From NCBI GenBank assembly GCA_049969675.1, contig JBMFOP010000084.1:1-13041 (forward strand): a stretch of 13,041 bases of DNA, in the 5' to 3' direction. A program made the translations under genes and the position numbers. A model generated the notes under the pieces. The model was given only the letters and a program-made list of their open reading frames with translations. It ran no database searches and was not told the DNA's origin. Shown here piece after piece: positions 1 through 7,313 of this stretch (position 1 is the stretch's first letter; each line of letters opens with the position of its first letter). The stretch is from Myxococcota bacterium. GTDB taxonomy: Bacteria > Myxococcota > SpSt-1050.

Positions 1-1
1 G

Positions 2-520
2 CCATTTGGCAAAAAGGGAAATCTATCTATTCACGATCCAACTACCGAAATTTTAACTACAATTCCGAGAGCAGTTGCGAAGATATATATAAAGAAACTA
101 TATAATAGCCCTAAGTCTAAAATTGATATTTTAGTTTTAATATCAAAGGGGTGTATAAATAAAAGTATAAACGATGAATTATTATGCTCTGGAATATATA
201 GTCTGATAGAAAGAGACTATCACAGTGAGGAAGAGATAAAGGCATTGTTAACATACAAAGATGATGAACAAATGAAACCAGATATAATATTTGCCATAAA
301 CTATAATCCATATAAAATTGCGCTACCTACTATGCTGGAATATCTTAATGAAAATATTAGATGGTATGACCATTTTTTTGTTATTAGGGCGATTCAAAAG
401 ATTGGGGATAAGGGTGCGATACCGCATCTTAAGAAGATCCTTGATAATAAAGATGAATATCCAAAGGTGAAAAAGGCAGCAGAAGAGGCAATAGAGAGAT
501 TGAGCAAAAGAAAATTATAA
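2..520 (+). CDS. HEAT-repeat (PBS lyase-like) domain protein, 5'-truncated by the window edge
   Basis: My translation shows the frame of ORF 245..520 open from base 2 (PFGKKGNLSIHDPTTEILTT...), so the TTG at 245 is internal. The C-terminus VIRAIQKIGDKGAIPHLKKILDNKDEYPKVKKAAEEAIERL fits the HEAT_2 pattern (A.ALG.IGD..A+P.L...L.D....VR.AA..AL). Confidence 0.75.
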   Translation, partial: PFGKKGNLSIHDPTTEILTTIPRAVAKIYIKKLYNSPKSKIDILVLISKGCINKSINDELLCSGIYSLIERDYHSEEEIKALLTYKDDEQMKPDIIFAINYNPYKIALPTMLEYLNENIRWYDHFFVIRAIQKIGDKGAIPHLKKILDNKDEYPKVKKAAEEAIERLSKRKL

Positions 521-589
521 AAACCTTAACTGTATGATTCTTTGTATTGGTGTTGATGTTTCCTGATTTTTCTCTAAATAGAATGTTTA

Positions 590-618
590 TTGACTTGTAA
601 AATTATTTGAATAATAAT
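590..618 (+). promoter_or_regulatory. Putative sigma70-type promoter for the DUF2752 gene
   Basis: TTGACT (590-595), 17 nt spacer, AATAAT (613-618), about 40 nt upstream of ATG 659. AT-rich background lowers specificity. Confidence 0.45.
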
Positions 619-658
619 CGGATATGGTGTTTATTATACTGGAACTTTAGTTGTTGTA

Positions 659-1072
659 ATGAAATATATTTTTAACAATAGTAATGATAGAGGAAGGTCA
701 TTGATAGCCTTTTTTATCTTGCTTACTATTTTCTTAGCATCTATGATAATAGAGGATCCGGATCTTCCTTATGGAGTCTGTCTTTTTAAGACATTCACAG
801 GCCTTCCCTGTCCAGCCTGCGGGATGACACACTCCTTTGTCTCAATTGGCCATCTGAGAATTATTGAGGGATTTTATTTCAATATAATTGGTCCGTTTCT
901 CTATCTTATGTTGATTATTGGTATCTTTTTGACACTAACTGAGATATTAATGAACAGATTAATAATTGAGCCTTTATTTGAGAGATATAAAATAAGGATA
1001 TTGATTATAGTAATACCGCTTATTATTCTATCATGGGTAATTAATCTCATCAGACATTTTGGGGTCTCTTAA
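659..1072 (+). CDS. DUF2752 family membrane protein
   Basis: Motif CLFKTFTGLPCPACGMTHSF...GFYFN matches the DUF2752 signature (C.F...TG.PCPGCG.TR...A..YN). Three hydrophobic segments. Confidence 0.85.
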   Translation: MKYIFNNSNDRGRSLIAFFILLTIFLASMIIEDPDLPYGVCLFKTFTGLPCPACGMTHSFVSIGHLRIIEGFYFNIIGPFLYLMLIIGIFLTLTEILMNRLIIEPLFERYKIRILIIVIPLIILSWVINLIRHFGVS

Positions 1073-1111
1073 TTGAAATCTCTCAATAATTTCATAAAAA
1101 ATTTACTCCTC

Positions 1112-1159
1112 TTGTATAATCTAAAAATTGTATGTATGATATTCCTGAATTAAGGAGGT
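1112..1159 (+). promoter_or_regulatory. Putative sigma70 promoter and strong Shine-Dalgarno for the phosphoesterase gene
   Basis: TTGTAT (1112-1117), 17 nt spacer, TATGAT (1135-1140). An overlapping perfect TATAAT lies at 1115-1120. SD TAAGGAGGT at 1151-1159, 6 nt before ATG 1166. Confidence 0.5.
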
Positions 1160-1165
1160 AGTCTT

Positions 1166-3679
1166 ATGACTATGATATTGAGAGTGATTACATTTTTATT
1201 TTTTATCTCATTTGCATTGGGATGTTCTGATAGAAGTGAATTGAGATTGGATGGTCTCCTTACTGATACCGCTTCACTGGATATATCAACTTCAGAAGAT
1301 ATAGGGATTACTGATGTAGAAGATAAGAAATGTGATTATCAAATCAACCCAATTGCTTATGAAAGACCGGGAAAGACGCAGGATGGGATACTTTTAATAG
1401 ACGGGAGACTTATTACACCTATAGGGAAGAATATAACACTAAATACATTTCCTATGAATGCGGTGGAGGTCCCGGATAAAAGATGGCTCATCATTACGAA
1501 TAATGGTCGTACCCTGGAAGGGAAGAGATTCCTGCAGGTTGTGGATATAGAAAAGGGTGAGATAATCAGTAGATATCCTCTTTCCGGGAGTTATGGCAAT
1601 TTTCTGGGGCTTTACCTCGCTAAGGATAAGAGGACTCTCTATGCATCAGGTGGTTCAAATGATAATGTGCCTGTGCTAAAATTGGATGAGAGTGGGACAT
1701 TGGAAGAGATTAATTCAATATCTCTATCTGGATTTATTGGTTATCTTGTAATGGATAGTAGTGAGAGTCGTCTATATGCGGCACAGCATATTGCAGATAA
1801 GATTGCATTTGTAACTCTAAGTCCAGAGGTCAAATGGAAGACATCGGTAAGAGTAGGAATTCATACAGATGAACTGCCCTATGCATATCCATTCTGGCTT
1901 GCCCTCAGTAAGGATGAGAAGAGATTATATGTCTCAAACTGGGGTGATAATACAGTCTCTGTAGTTGATATTGAAAGTGAATCTGTAATTGCTAATATCA
2001 AGGTGGGGAAGAACCCAGAGGGTCTGGTCCTATCATCTGATGGTAGACTTCTTTATGTCGCAAATAGTGATACAGATGATATCTCTGTAATTGATGTAGA
2101 GAAGAATGTTGTTATTGACACGATAAAACTGAATAATGATGGGATCCCATATGGGACATCTCCTACAACTATGGACATCTCAAAAGATGGAAAATATCTC
2201 TTTGTGGCAGAGGCATTATTAAATTCTGTCTCTATAATTGATACGGCAAAAAATAGTGTTATTGGAAGATTCCCTGTTGGATTCTATCCAGTGAGGGTGA
2301 TTGAATCTGAGGACAACAAGTCATTGTATGTCTTAAATGCCAAAGGAAATGGAAGCGCACCGAATGTAGGTGGGGAGGATGCAGATGAAATGTTGTTTGG
2401 GAGCCTCTTGATCATCTCAATAGAAGATGTTTTGCAGAATATTAAGAGATACTCCGAACAGGTATACAATAACAATTCAAGGGCTGGTCGTTATTATGAA
2501 TTCCCCTGTGAAAATATAGATTCACCAGTACCTATAAATAAAAAATACAAATCCCCTATTAAACACATAATCTTTATTGTGAAGGAGAATAAGACATTTG
2601 ATCAGGTTTTAGGAGATATGGAGGGGGTAGAGGCAGACCCCAATCTTGTCAGATTTGGAGAGTTATTTACACCTAATACTCATAAACTTGCTCGTGAATT
2701 TGCAGTATTTGATAACTGCTTTGCAGAATCGGAGGTCTCTGTTCAGGGACATATATGGCTTACCTCATCTACCACAAATGATTATATTGAGAGAAACTGG
2801 CTGGTGGGCGATGAGAGTCGCATTTTTATTCCAGGTGTGGAACCTGCAAGTTATCCAGCCTCTGATTTCTTCTTCCATCATCTGATGAGAAATAAGATAA
2901 GCTTCCTTGTATATGGAGAATCTGTTGGGACAATGGCGGATCTTGAGGGTCTTTACGGTAGAAAGCCACTCTTTAATAAGTATGTAGATAGAAATTGGCC
3001 CGGAGGCGTGATATGGAATATGGCATATAAGGATGAGGATAGGGCTAAATATTTTAGAGATAGACTCTCTGAATGGGAGAGGGAGCCGGATAAGATGCCA
3101 ACTTTTATATTTATGTTGCTACCAAATGACCATACCTATGGTGTAAGTCCGGGAAAACTTGCCCCAGATTCTATGGTATCTGATAATGACTATGGACTGG
3201 GTCTGGTCATTGAGTATCTAAGCAATACATCCTTCTGGAAGGATACGGTTGTATTTGTGGTGGAAGATGACCCGCAGAGTGGGGCAGACCACATTGATTC
3301 TCATAGAACGGTATGTCTGGCAATAGGTCCGTATATAAAGAGGGGTTATGTCTCCTCTATAAGATATAGTTTTCCATCATTTTTTAAGACCTTTGAGTTA
3401 ATTCTGGGTATAAATTCTCTATATCAGACCGATTTGAGAGCGGCTCCAATGTTAGATGTCTTTACCAATTCACCAGACTTTACCCCTTATAAGGCAGTAC
3501 CAAGAAATATTCCAGATAAGATTGTTGAAGGGATACAGAATCTAACACCTGAGTTGAGAGCACTTGCCGAAAAGTCTCTATTGATGGATTTCTCAGAGCC
3601 AGATTCACCAAAGAATACGGAGATGTATGAAGTGCTTACAGAATACTTAAGAATAATGTATCCCGATTTGTTTAAGTAA
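1166..3679 (+). CDS. Lipoprotein with YVTN/YncE beta-propeller fused to a phosphoesterase (alkaline-phosphatase superfamily, AcpA/PLC-like) domain
   Basis: Lipobox FALG-C20. YVTN-type repeats LYVSNWGDNTVSVVD, LYVANSDTDDISVID, LFVAEALLNSVSIID. Phosphoesterase motifs SPIKHIIFIVKENKTFDQVLGD, probable nucleophile region SEVSVQGH, LPNDHT, VVEDDPQSGADHIDSHR. Confidence 0.88.
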   Translation: MTMILRVITFLFFISFALGCSDRSELRLDGLLTDTASLDISTSEDIGITDVEDKKCDYQINPIAYERPGKTQDGILLIDGRLITPIGKNITLNTFPMNAVEVPDKRWLIITNNGRTLEGKRFLQVVDIEKGEIISRYPLSGSYGNFLGLYLAKDKRTLYASGGSNDNVPVLKLDESGTLEEINSISLSGFIGYLVMDSSESRLYAAQHIADKIAFVTLSPEVKWKTSVRVGIHTDELPYAYPFWLALSKDEKRLYVSNWGDNTVSVVDIESESVIANIKVGKNPEGLVLSSDGRLLYVANSDTDDISVIDVEKNVVIDTIKLNNDGIPYGTSPTTMDISKDGKYLFVAEALLNSVSIIDTAKNSVIGRFPVGFYPVRVIESEDNKSLYVLNAKGNGSAPNVGGEDADEMLFGSLLIISIEDVLQNIKRYSEQVYNNNSRAGRYYEFPCENIDSPVPINKKYKSPIKHIIFIVKENKTFDQVLGDMEGVEADPNLVRFGELFTPNTHKLAREFAVFDNCFAESEVSVQGHIWLTSSTTNDYIERNWLVGDESRIFIPGVEPASYPASDFFFHHLMRNKISFLVYGESVGTMADLEGLYGRKPLFNKYVDRNWPGGVIWNMAYKDEDRAKYFRDRLSEWEREPDKMPTFIFMLLPNDHTYGVSPGKLAPDSMVSDNDYGLGLVIEYLSNTSFWKDTVVFVVEDDPQSGADHIDSHRTVCLAIGPYIKRGYVSSIRYSFPSFFKTFELILGINSLYQTDLRAAPMLDVFTNSPDFTPYKAVPRNIPDKIVEGIQNLTPELRALAEKSLLMDFSEPDSPKNTEMYEVLTEYLRIMYPDLFK

Positions 3680-3722
3680 TCATTGCTAAAGACAATTATT
3701 TGAGAATGTTGTTGAGAATTGA

Positions 3723-3752
3723 TTGACACTTTAGGGTTGACGCGATTAATCT
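3723..3752 (+). promoter_or_regulatory. Putative sigma70 promoter for yjbQ
   Basis: Perfect TTGACA (3723-3728), 18 nt spacer, TAATCT (3747-3752). Confidence 0.4.
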
Positions 3753-3814
3753 GTGGAATATTGGTGTTGGATAGGTGAATTGTGGGTTTGATAATATTTG
3801 AGGTGAATGTGAGT

Positions 3815-4234
3815 ATGAAACTAAAAAAGTATAAGATCAGTAGAAATACCCGAGGTGAGAATGATTTGATAGACCTCACAGATGAAGTGAGAAGGTGTGT
3901 TAAGGATAGTGGTATAAAGGATGGTTATTCAATTGTTTTTGTTATTGGCTCTACAGCATCCATTATTACAATGGAATTTGAGCCCGGGCTCGTAAAAGAT
4001 TTAAGGGAATTTATGGAAGATATTATTCCAGCAAATAGGGATTATGCACACAATGCGACATGGAATGATGATAATGGGCATTCACATCTGAGGGCGACCT
4101 TGCTCGGACAGTCCTTTACATTCCCTATAGAAGATGGTGAGGCGATACTTGGGAGATGGCAACAGATAGTACTTGCCGAATTTGACCATAGACCTCGAGA
4201 GAGAAGGGTAATAGTTCACATCTATGGTGAATAG
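3815..4234 (+). CDS. yjbQ: YjbQ / UPF0047 family protein (secondary thiamine-phosphate synthase enzyme family)
   Basis: Motifs DLTDEVRRCV..SGIKDG, GSTASI..ME.EPGL..DL, YAH...DNGHSHLRATLLG, LGRWQQIVLAEFD..PRER. Start moved from GTG 3782 to ATG 3815 because SD GAGGTG sits at 3800-3805 and 139 aa is typical for the family. Confidence 0.92.
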   Translation: MKLKKYKISRNTRGENDLIDLTDEVRRCVKDSGIKDGYSIVFVIGSTASIITMEFEPGLVKDLREFMEDIIPANRDYAHNATWNDDNGHSHLRATLLGQSFTFPIEDGEAILGRWQQIVLAEFDHRPRERRVIVHIYGE

Positions 4235-4267
4235 CTCTCTTGATGACCATGTTTTTTGCGGGGAGGA

Positions 4268-6121
4268 TTATCTCTTTACTATCGTAAGATTAAATGAACC
4301 TTCATCTCCAGCCTCGCCGTCAACTATAATATAGAACCGTTTAATTGAAGATGTCTCATTGGTGAAATTCAGCTTCTCGGGGTCCCCTGCCCCATTTAGA
4401 ACAGTCCCATAAAGGCATTCAGCTTTGCTGCAATCATCCTTTACATATATCATAGGGTCAAAACTCCCGTAAGGTGTTACAGTCACCTCATAGGTTACAC
4501 CTGGCTCTGCATCTACATAGTATACGATATCTCCTCCAGAAAACATTGAGAATATACACCTTTCTGGGTCATAGTCATTATTTGCTCCAATTGTTGAGCC
4601 ATATGTATTGATTCCATCTGTGGCATCAATTGCGGTATCGCAGGTCTCGTTTGAGGGTTGATTATATACATTTACAACCATTGAGGTATTGAGAGTTGTA
4701 TTATCAACATAATAATAACTTATGTAAAGTGTTGTAGAGCCAATATTCTTTCCAGTTATCAGACCGGAGGAGGAGACCTCAGCAATATTTGGGTCATTTG
4801 AGCTATAACTGAGAAGTGTCTTTTCAATTGGGAAATCCTTTAAATCCTTATTCTGACTAAATGTGGCAAACCCCTCAATCTGATACTGTTCGCCGACTTT
4901 TAATTGAATGAAATCCTTCTTAATCTTTATTCCGTCTGCCCTGAAATATGTAGCCTCAATATCAGCCGGGACAAATTTATAGAAGAAATCGGGCTGAATC
5001 TGGAAGAAGTATGTGCCAGTCTCTTTTATGAGTTGATATATAAAAAAGTCATAGGTGATATCTGAATTGTAAATATCTGGAGTGATAAATTCCCCTTTGG
5101 AGTCTAAAAGGGATGCAAAGAGCTTTAAATCTCCATTTATTCTATCTACATCTGCGTAGAATGCAACTATATCTCCCTCTGCGAGCTCGGCAGAATATCT
5201 GTGGACAGAATTTTCATATTCAATCCTATCTCTTTGTGGTTCTGAATCCAATAATTTATCTCTGATGATCAGATTATAATTTGGCTTTGCAGGGGAACCT
5301 CTATCTCCATTGTAAAGTCCGGTCTCATCAAGAAATGTTATAAGCGATGGTGCAGGTTTGAAGATATTCCCATCCCTCTCCATTGAATTACCTTTTTTGA
5401 TTGCAAGAGATGAAAGATTAATCTTCTCAACCAATACATCATCAGTTCTCAATAGTTCAACATATGTTGCATCTGTTAAAGTGAATTTATCCGTCCATTC
5501 ACATCTAACTTTTGCATAGGAGTTTTTAAGTGGGTCTTTTGTTGCACCGATAACAAGATAAGATTTTGCCATAATTACAGTATCGCAATCAGAGTTAGAA
5601 ATGGTAAATTCTTTGGCATCAGTCTTAATTTTGTAGCCATTTATGTCTATTCCAAAGTCATTTGGATTATAAATTTCAATATACTGTCCGAGTTCGGTAT
5701 CTGAGAAGTTGGGGCTAACCATCAATTCATTGATAATAGGTTGCAGGACTTGATTATCGGGATTGGAGGTATCCAGAATATCTTCGTATTGCACATCAGA
5801 AGATGCATCAACACCTACCTCATCAAATGTATCTACAATATTTTTAAAATCTTCATCACCGATATCGGCAATTGATTCTGGAGTGATAGTCGTATCTGGC
5901 TCTGTATCTGAGATGATATCTGTTGTAACGGTATCAAAATGAATAATATCTTTTATGTCATTTGCATCATTGATAATAATTGTATCTACAGCCGAGACTG
6001 AATCGGGATGGGCATCTTTATGAGATGTATCAAGGGTAGATCTATCAGATCCCTCATCTGAACAGGCAGATATGAGGATAATCAGGACAGAAATTAATAA
6101 AATAATAATCTTTCTATACAT
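4268..6121 (-). CDS. Multidomain surface lipoprotein: acidic linker, lamin-tail domain (LTD), PPC-like domain, Ig-like Big_2 domain, Cys-containing C-terminal beta-sandwich
   Basis: ATG at 6121 preceded by SD GGAGGT. Lipobox LISA-C20. LTD motifs PIINELMVSP, GQYIEIYNPNDFGIDINGYKI, GSPAKPN. Big_2 pattern LKVGEQYQI...YSSNDPNIAEVSSSGLITGKNIGSTTLYISY. C-terminal PSNETCDTA...GSTIGANNDY...GGDIVY...FDPMIYV..DC...FYIIVDG...GSFNLTI. Domain names come from motif recognition, not a search. Confidence 0.78.
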   Translation of the reverse strand: MYRKIIILLISVLIILISACSDEGSDRSTLDTSHKDAHPDSVSAVDTIIINDANDIKDIIHFDTVTTDIISDTEPDTTITPESIADIGDEDFKNIVDTFDEVGVDASSDVQYEDILDTSNPDNQVLQPIINELMVSPNFSDTELGQYIEIYNPNDFGIDINGYKIKTDAKEFTISNSDCDTVIMAKSYLVIGATKDPLKNSYAKVRCEWTDKFTLTDATYVELLRTDDVLVEKINLSSLAIKKGNSMERDGNIFKPAPSLITFLDETGLYNGDRGSPAKPNYNLIIRDKLLDSEPQRDRIEYENSVHRYSAELAEGDIVAFYADVDRINGDLKLFASLLDSKGEFITPDIYNSDITYDFFIYQLIKETGTYFFQIQPDFFYKFVPADIEATYFRADGIKIKKDFIQLKVGEQYQIEGFATFSQNKDLKDFPIEKTLLSYSSNDPNIAEVSSSGLITGKNIGSTTLYISYYYVDNTTLNTSMVVNVYNQPSNETCDTAIDATDGINTYGSTIGANNDYDPERCIFSMFSGGDIVYYVDAEPGVTYEVTVTPYGSFDPMIYVKDDCSKAECLYGTVLNGAGDPEKLNFTNETSSIKRFYIIVDGEAGDEGSFNLTIVKR

Positions 6122-6146
6122 ATTTACCTCCAAAAATAGATTATTT

Positions 6147-6174
6147 AGATTAATGTAAAAATGTGATTTTGCAA
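6147..6174 (-). promoter_or_regulatory. Possible promoter for the LTD lipoprotein gene
   Basis: On the minus strand: TTGCAA (6174-6169), 16 nt spacer, TAATCT (6152-6147), just upstream of SD GGAGGT. Confidence 0.3.
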
Positions 6175-6181
6175 GATAATT

Positions 6182-6508
6182 TTACCTATCTAGTATCTCT
6201 CTAATTTTCCTTTTGAGATTTGTTGAATCAAATGGTTTCTGAATCAGATTGAATGAACCCCCTGTGAGATTCTGTTGTGAAAGTATCTCTTCGGTATAGC
6301 CAGACATAAATAAGACTTTTAGATTCGGTCTCTTTTCAATCAGAACTTTGCTCAACTCCAACCCATTCATCCCGGGCAATATTACATCGCTTAATAAAAG
6401 GTCTACCTTATCTTTGTATGAATCTACAATCTTGATTGCCTCATCAGGAGTTGCGGTAGAGAGTACATTATAATTGGCATCTTTCAAAATGCTAATAGCA
6501 ATATCTCT
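6182..6508 (-). pseudogene. N-terminally truncated receiver (REC) domain of CckA-like hybrid-kinase type
   Basis: Frame is open from 6508 (RDIAISILKDANYNVL...) with an in-frame TGA directly upstream. It keeps LLSDVILPGMNG (phospho-Asp), FMSGY and IQKPF...LKRKIREIL, but lacks the beta1 strand with the acidic ED/DD pair. Confidence 0.7.
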
Positions 6509-6698
6509 TCATAAATATTAAACAATATCCTGCTGTCACCTGACACAGAAATTTCTCTCTATTTTTGCGTGCCTGAGAGATACAGGCTTTGTTAAGATAA
6601 AGATACCTTAAATCCTTATCAAGCACCTGTATCCCATCGGAGATATTGTCAAATATCTGGAAATTTCTCTCTGGATTAAATAAATTAATATCAGACAT
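6492..6698 (-). pseudogene. Truncated PAS-domain fragment (sensor kinase N-terminus)
   Basis: From ATG 6698: IFDNISDGIQVLDKDLRYLYLNKACISQARKNREKFL matches the first half of a PAS domain. Similarity stops near 6546 and a stop follows soon after. Confidence 0.65.
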
Positions 6699-6756
6699 AT
6701 TACCGACCACTTTTTCAAACAATGCTGCTTATAATTTAATTAATCTTCTTCAAAAG

Positions 6757-6813
6757 GCAAATAAAAAATATAAAGATTTTTTATTGACATACTGCGTCAT
6801 AGTGTGCTAACTG
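6757..6813 (+). promoter_or_regulatory. Putative atp operon promoter
   Basis: A/T-tract UP-like element, perfect TTGACA (6784-6789) and extended -10-like TGTGcTAACTG (6803-6813). The -10 hexamer is imperfect. Confidence 0.45.
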
Positions 6814-6875
6814 AAAATCGTTGGTGTGGAGTATATGCTAATCGTCAAGTAGATTTAAGATATAAAGGTTAGACT

Positions 6876-7307
6876 ATGATAGATTTAGATTATACCTTTT
6901 TTATCCAGTTAATCTTATTTATAACACTTGCAATTGTCCTCAAGTTTATCCTCTTTGACCCATATCTGAAGAACCTTAAAAAGAGGGATGAGATTCTGAT
7001 TGGATATCGTAAGGAGGCAGAAGATATAAAACAGAAAGTAGAACAACTCTCCCAGAAGTTTGATGAATCAGTTAGATTGGCAAGAGAAGATGCAAGGAAG
7101 GAGTATGAGAATATTAAGAATGAGGCAAATAATGAGAGAGAAAAAATACTTCAGGAGGCTCGTCAGAGAGTAAATGAGATAATTGAGAAGGGTAGGGAGG
7201 AGCTCAAAAAAGAAAGGGATAATATTATGGCAGATGCCTCAAAACATATTGATGAGATAAGTGATCAGATTACCGAAAAGATATTAAAGGGTTCAGGGAG
7301 TAATTGA
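6876..7307 (+). CDS. atpF2: F0F1 ATP synthase subunit b' (AtpF2-like)
   Basis: MIDLDYTFFIQLILF...LKFILFDP N-terminal TM helix followed by a charged coiled coil. First gene of the atp cluster. Confidence 0.88.
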   Translation: MIDLDYTFFIQLILFITLAIVLKFILFDPYLKNLKKRDEILIGYRKEAEDIKQKVEQLSQKFDESVRLAREDARKEYENIKNEANNEREKILQEARQRVNEIIEKGREELKKERDNIMADASKHIDEISDQITEKILKGSGSN

Positions 7308-7313
7308 GGATTT

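Noticed and set aside
117..311. 64-aa minus-strand ORF
   Set aside because: Antisense to the HEAT-protein frame that is open from base 2; no recognisable motif.
1091..1117. Possible Pho box (TTCAT / TTTAC / TGTAT at 11-nt period) upstream of the phosphoesterase
   Set aside because: Matches to GTCAY-type half-sites are poor and expected by chance in AT-rich DNA.
2284..2885. ORFs 2284..2475 (-) and 2646..2885 (+)
   Set aside because: Shadow or alternate-frame ORFs inside the well-supported phosphoesterase gene.
3487..3879. 130-aa minus-strand ORF with a hydrophobic N-terminus
   Set aside because: Overlaps two supported plus-strand genes in antisense; the hydrophobicity reflects the complement of A-rich codons.
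4235..4267. Terminator between the convergent yjbQ and LTD lipoprotein genes
   Set aside because: Only weak CTCTC/GGGAG pairing with a long loop; the T-run lies inside the loop rather than after a stem.
6122..6133. TTG start at 6133 given by the ORF track
   Set aside because: It overlaps the GGAGGT SD. ATG 6121 gives proper SD spacing and a canonical signal peptide.
6785..6799. TGAC-N7-GTCA inverted repeat over the atp -35 box
   Set aside because: Only 4-bp arms, one supplied by the -35 hexamer itself; not distinguishable from chance.
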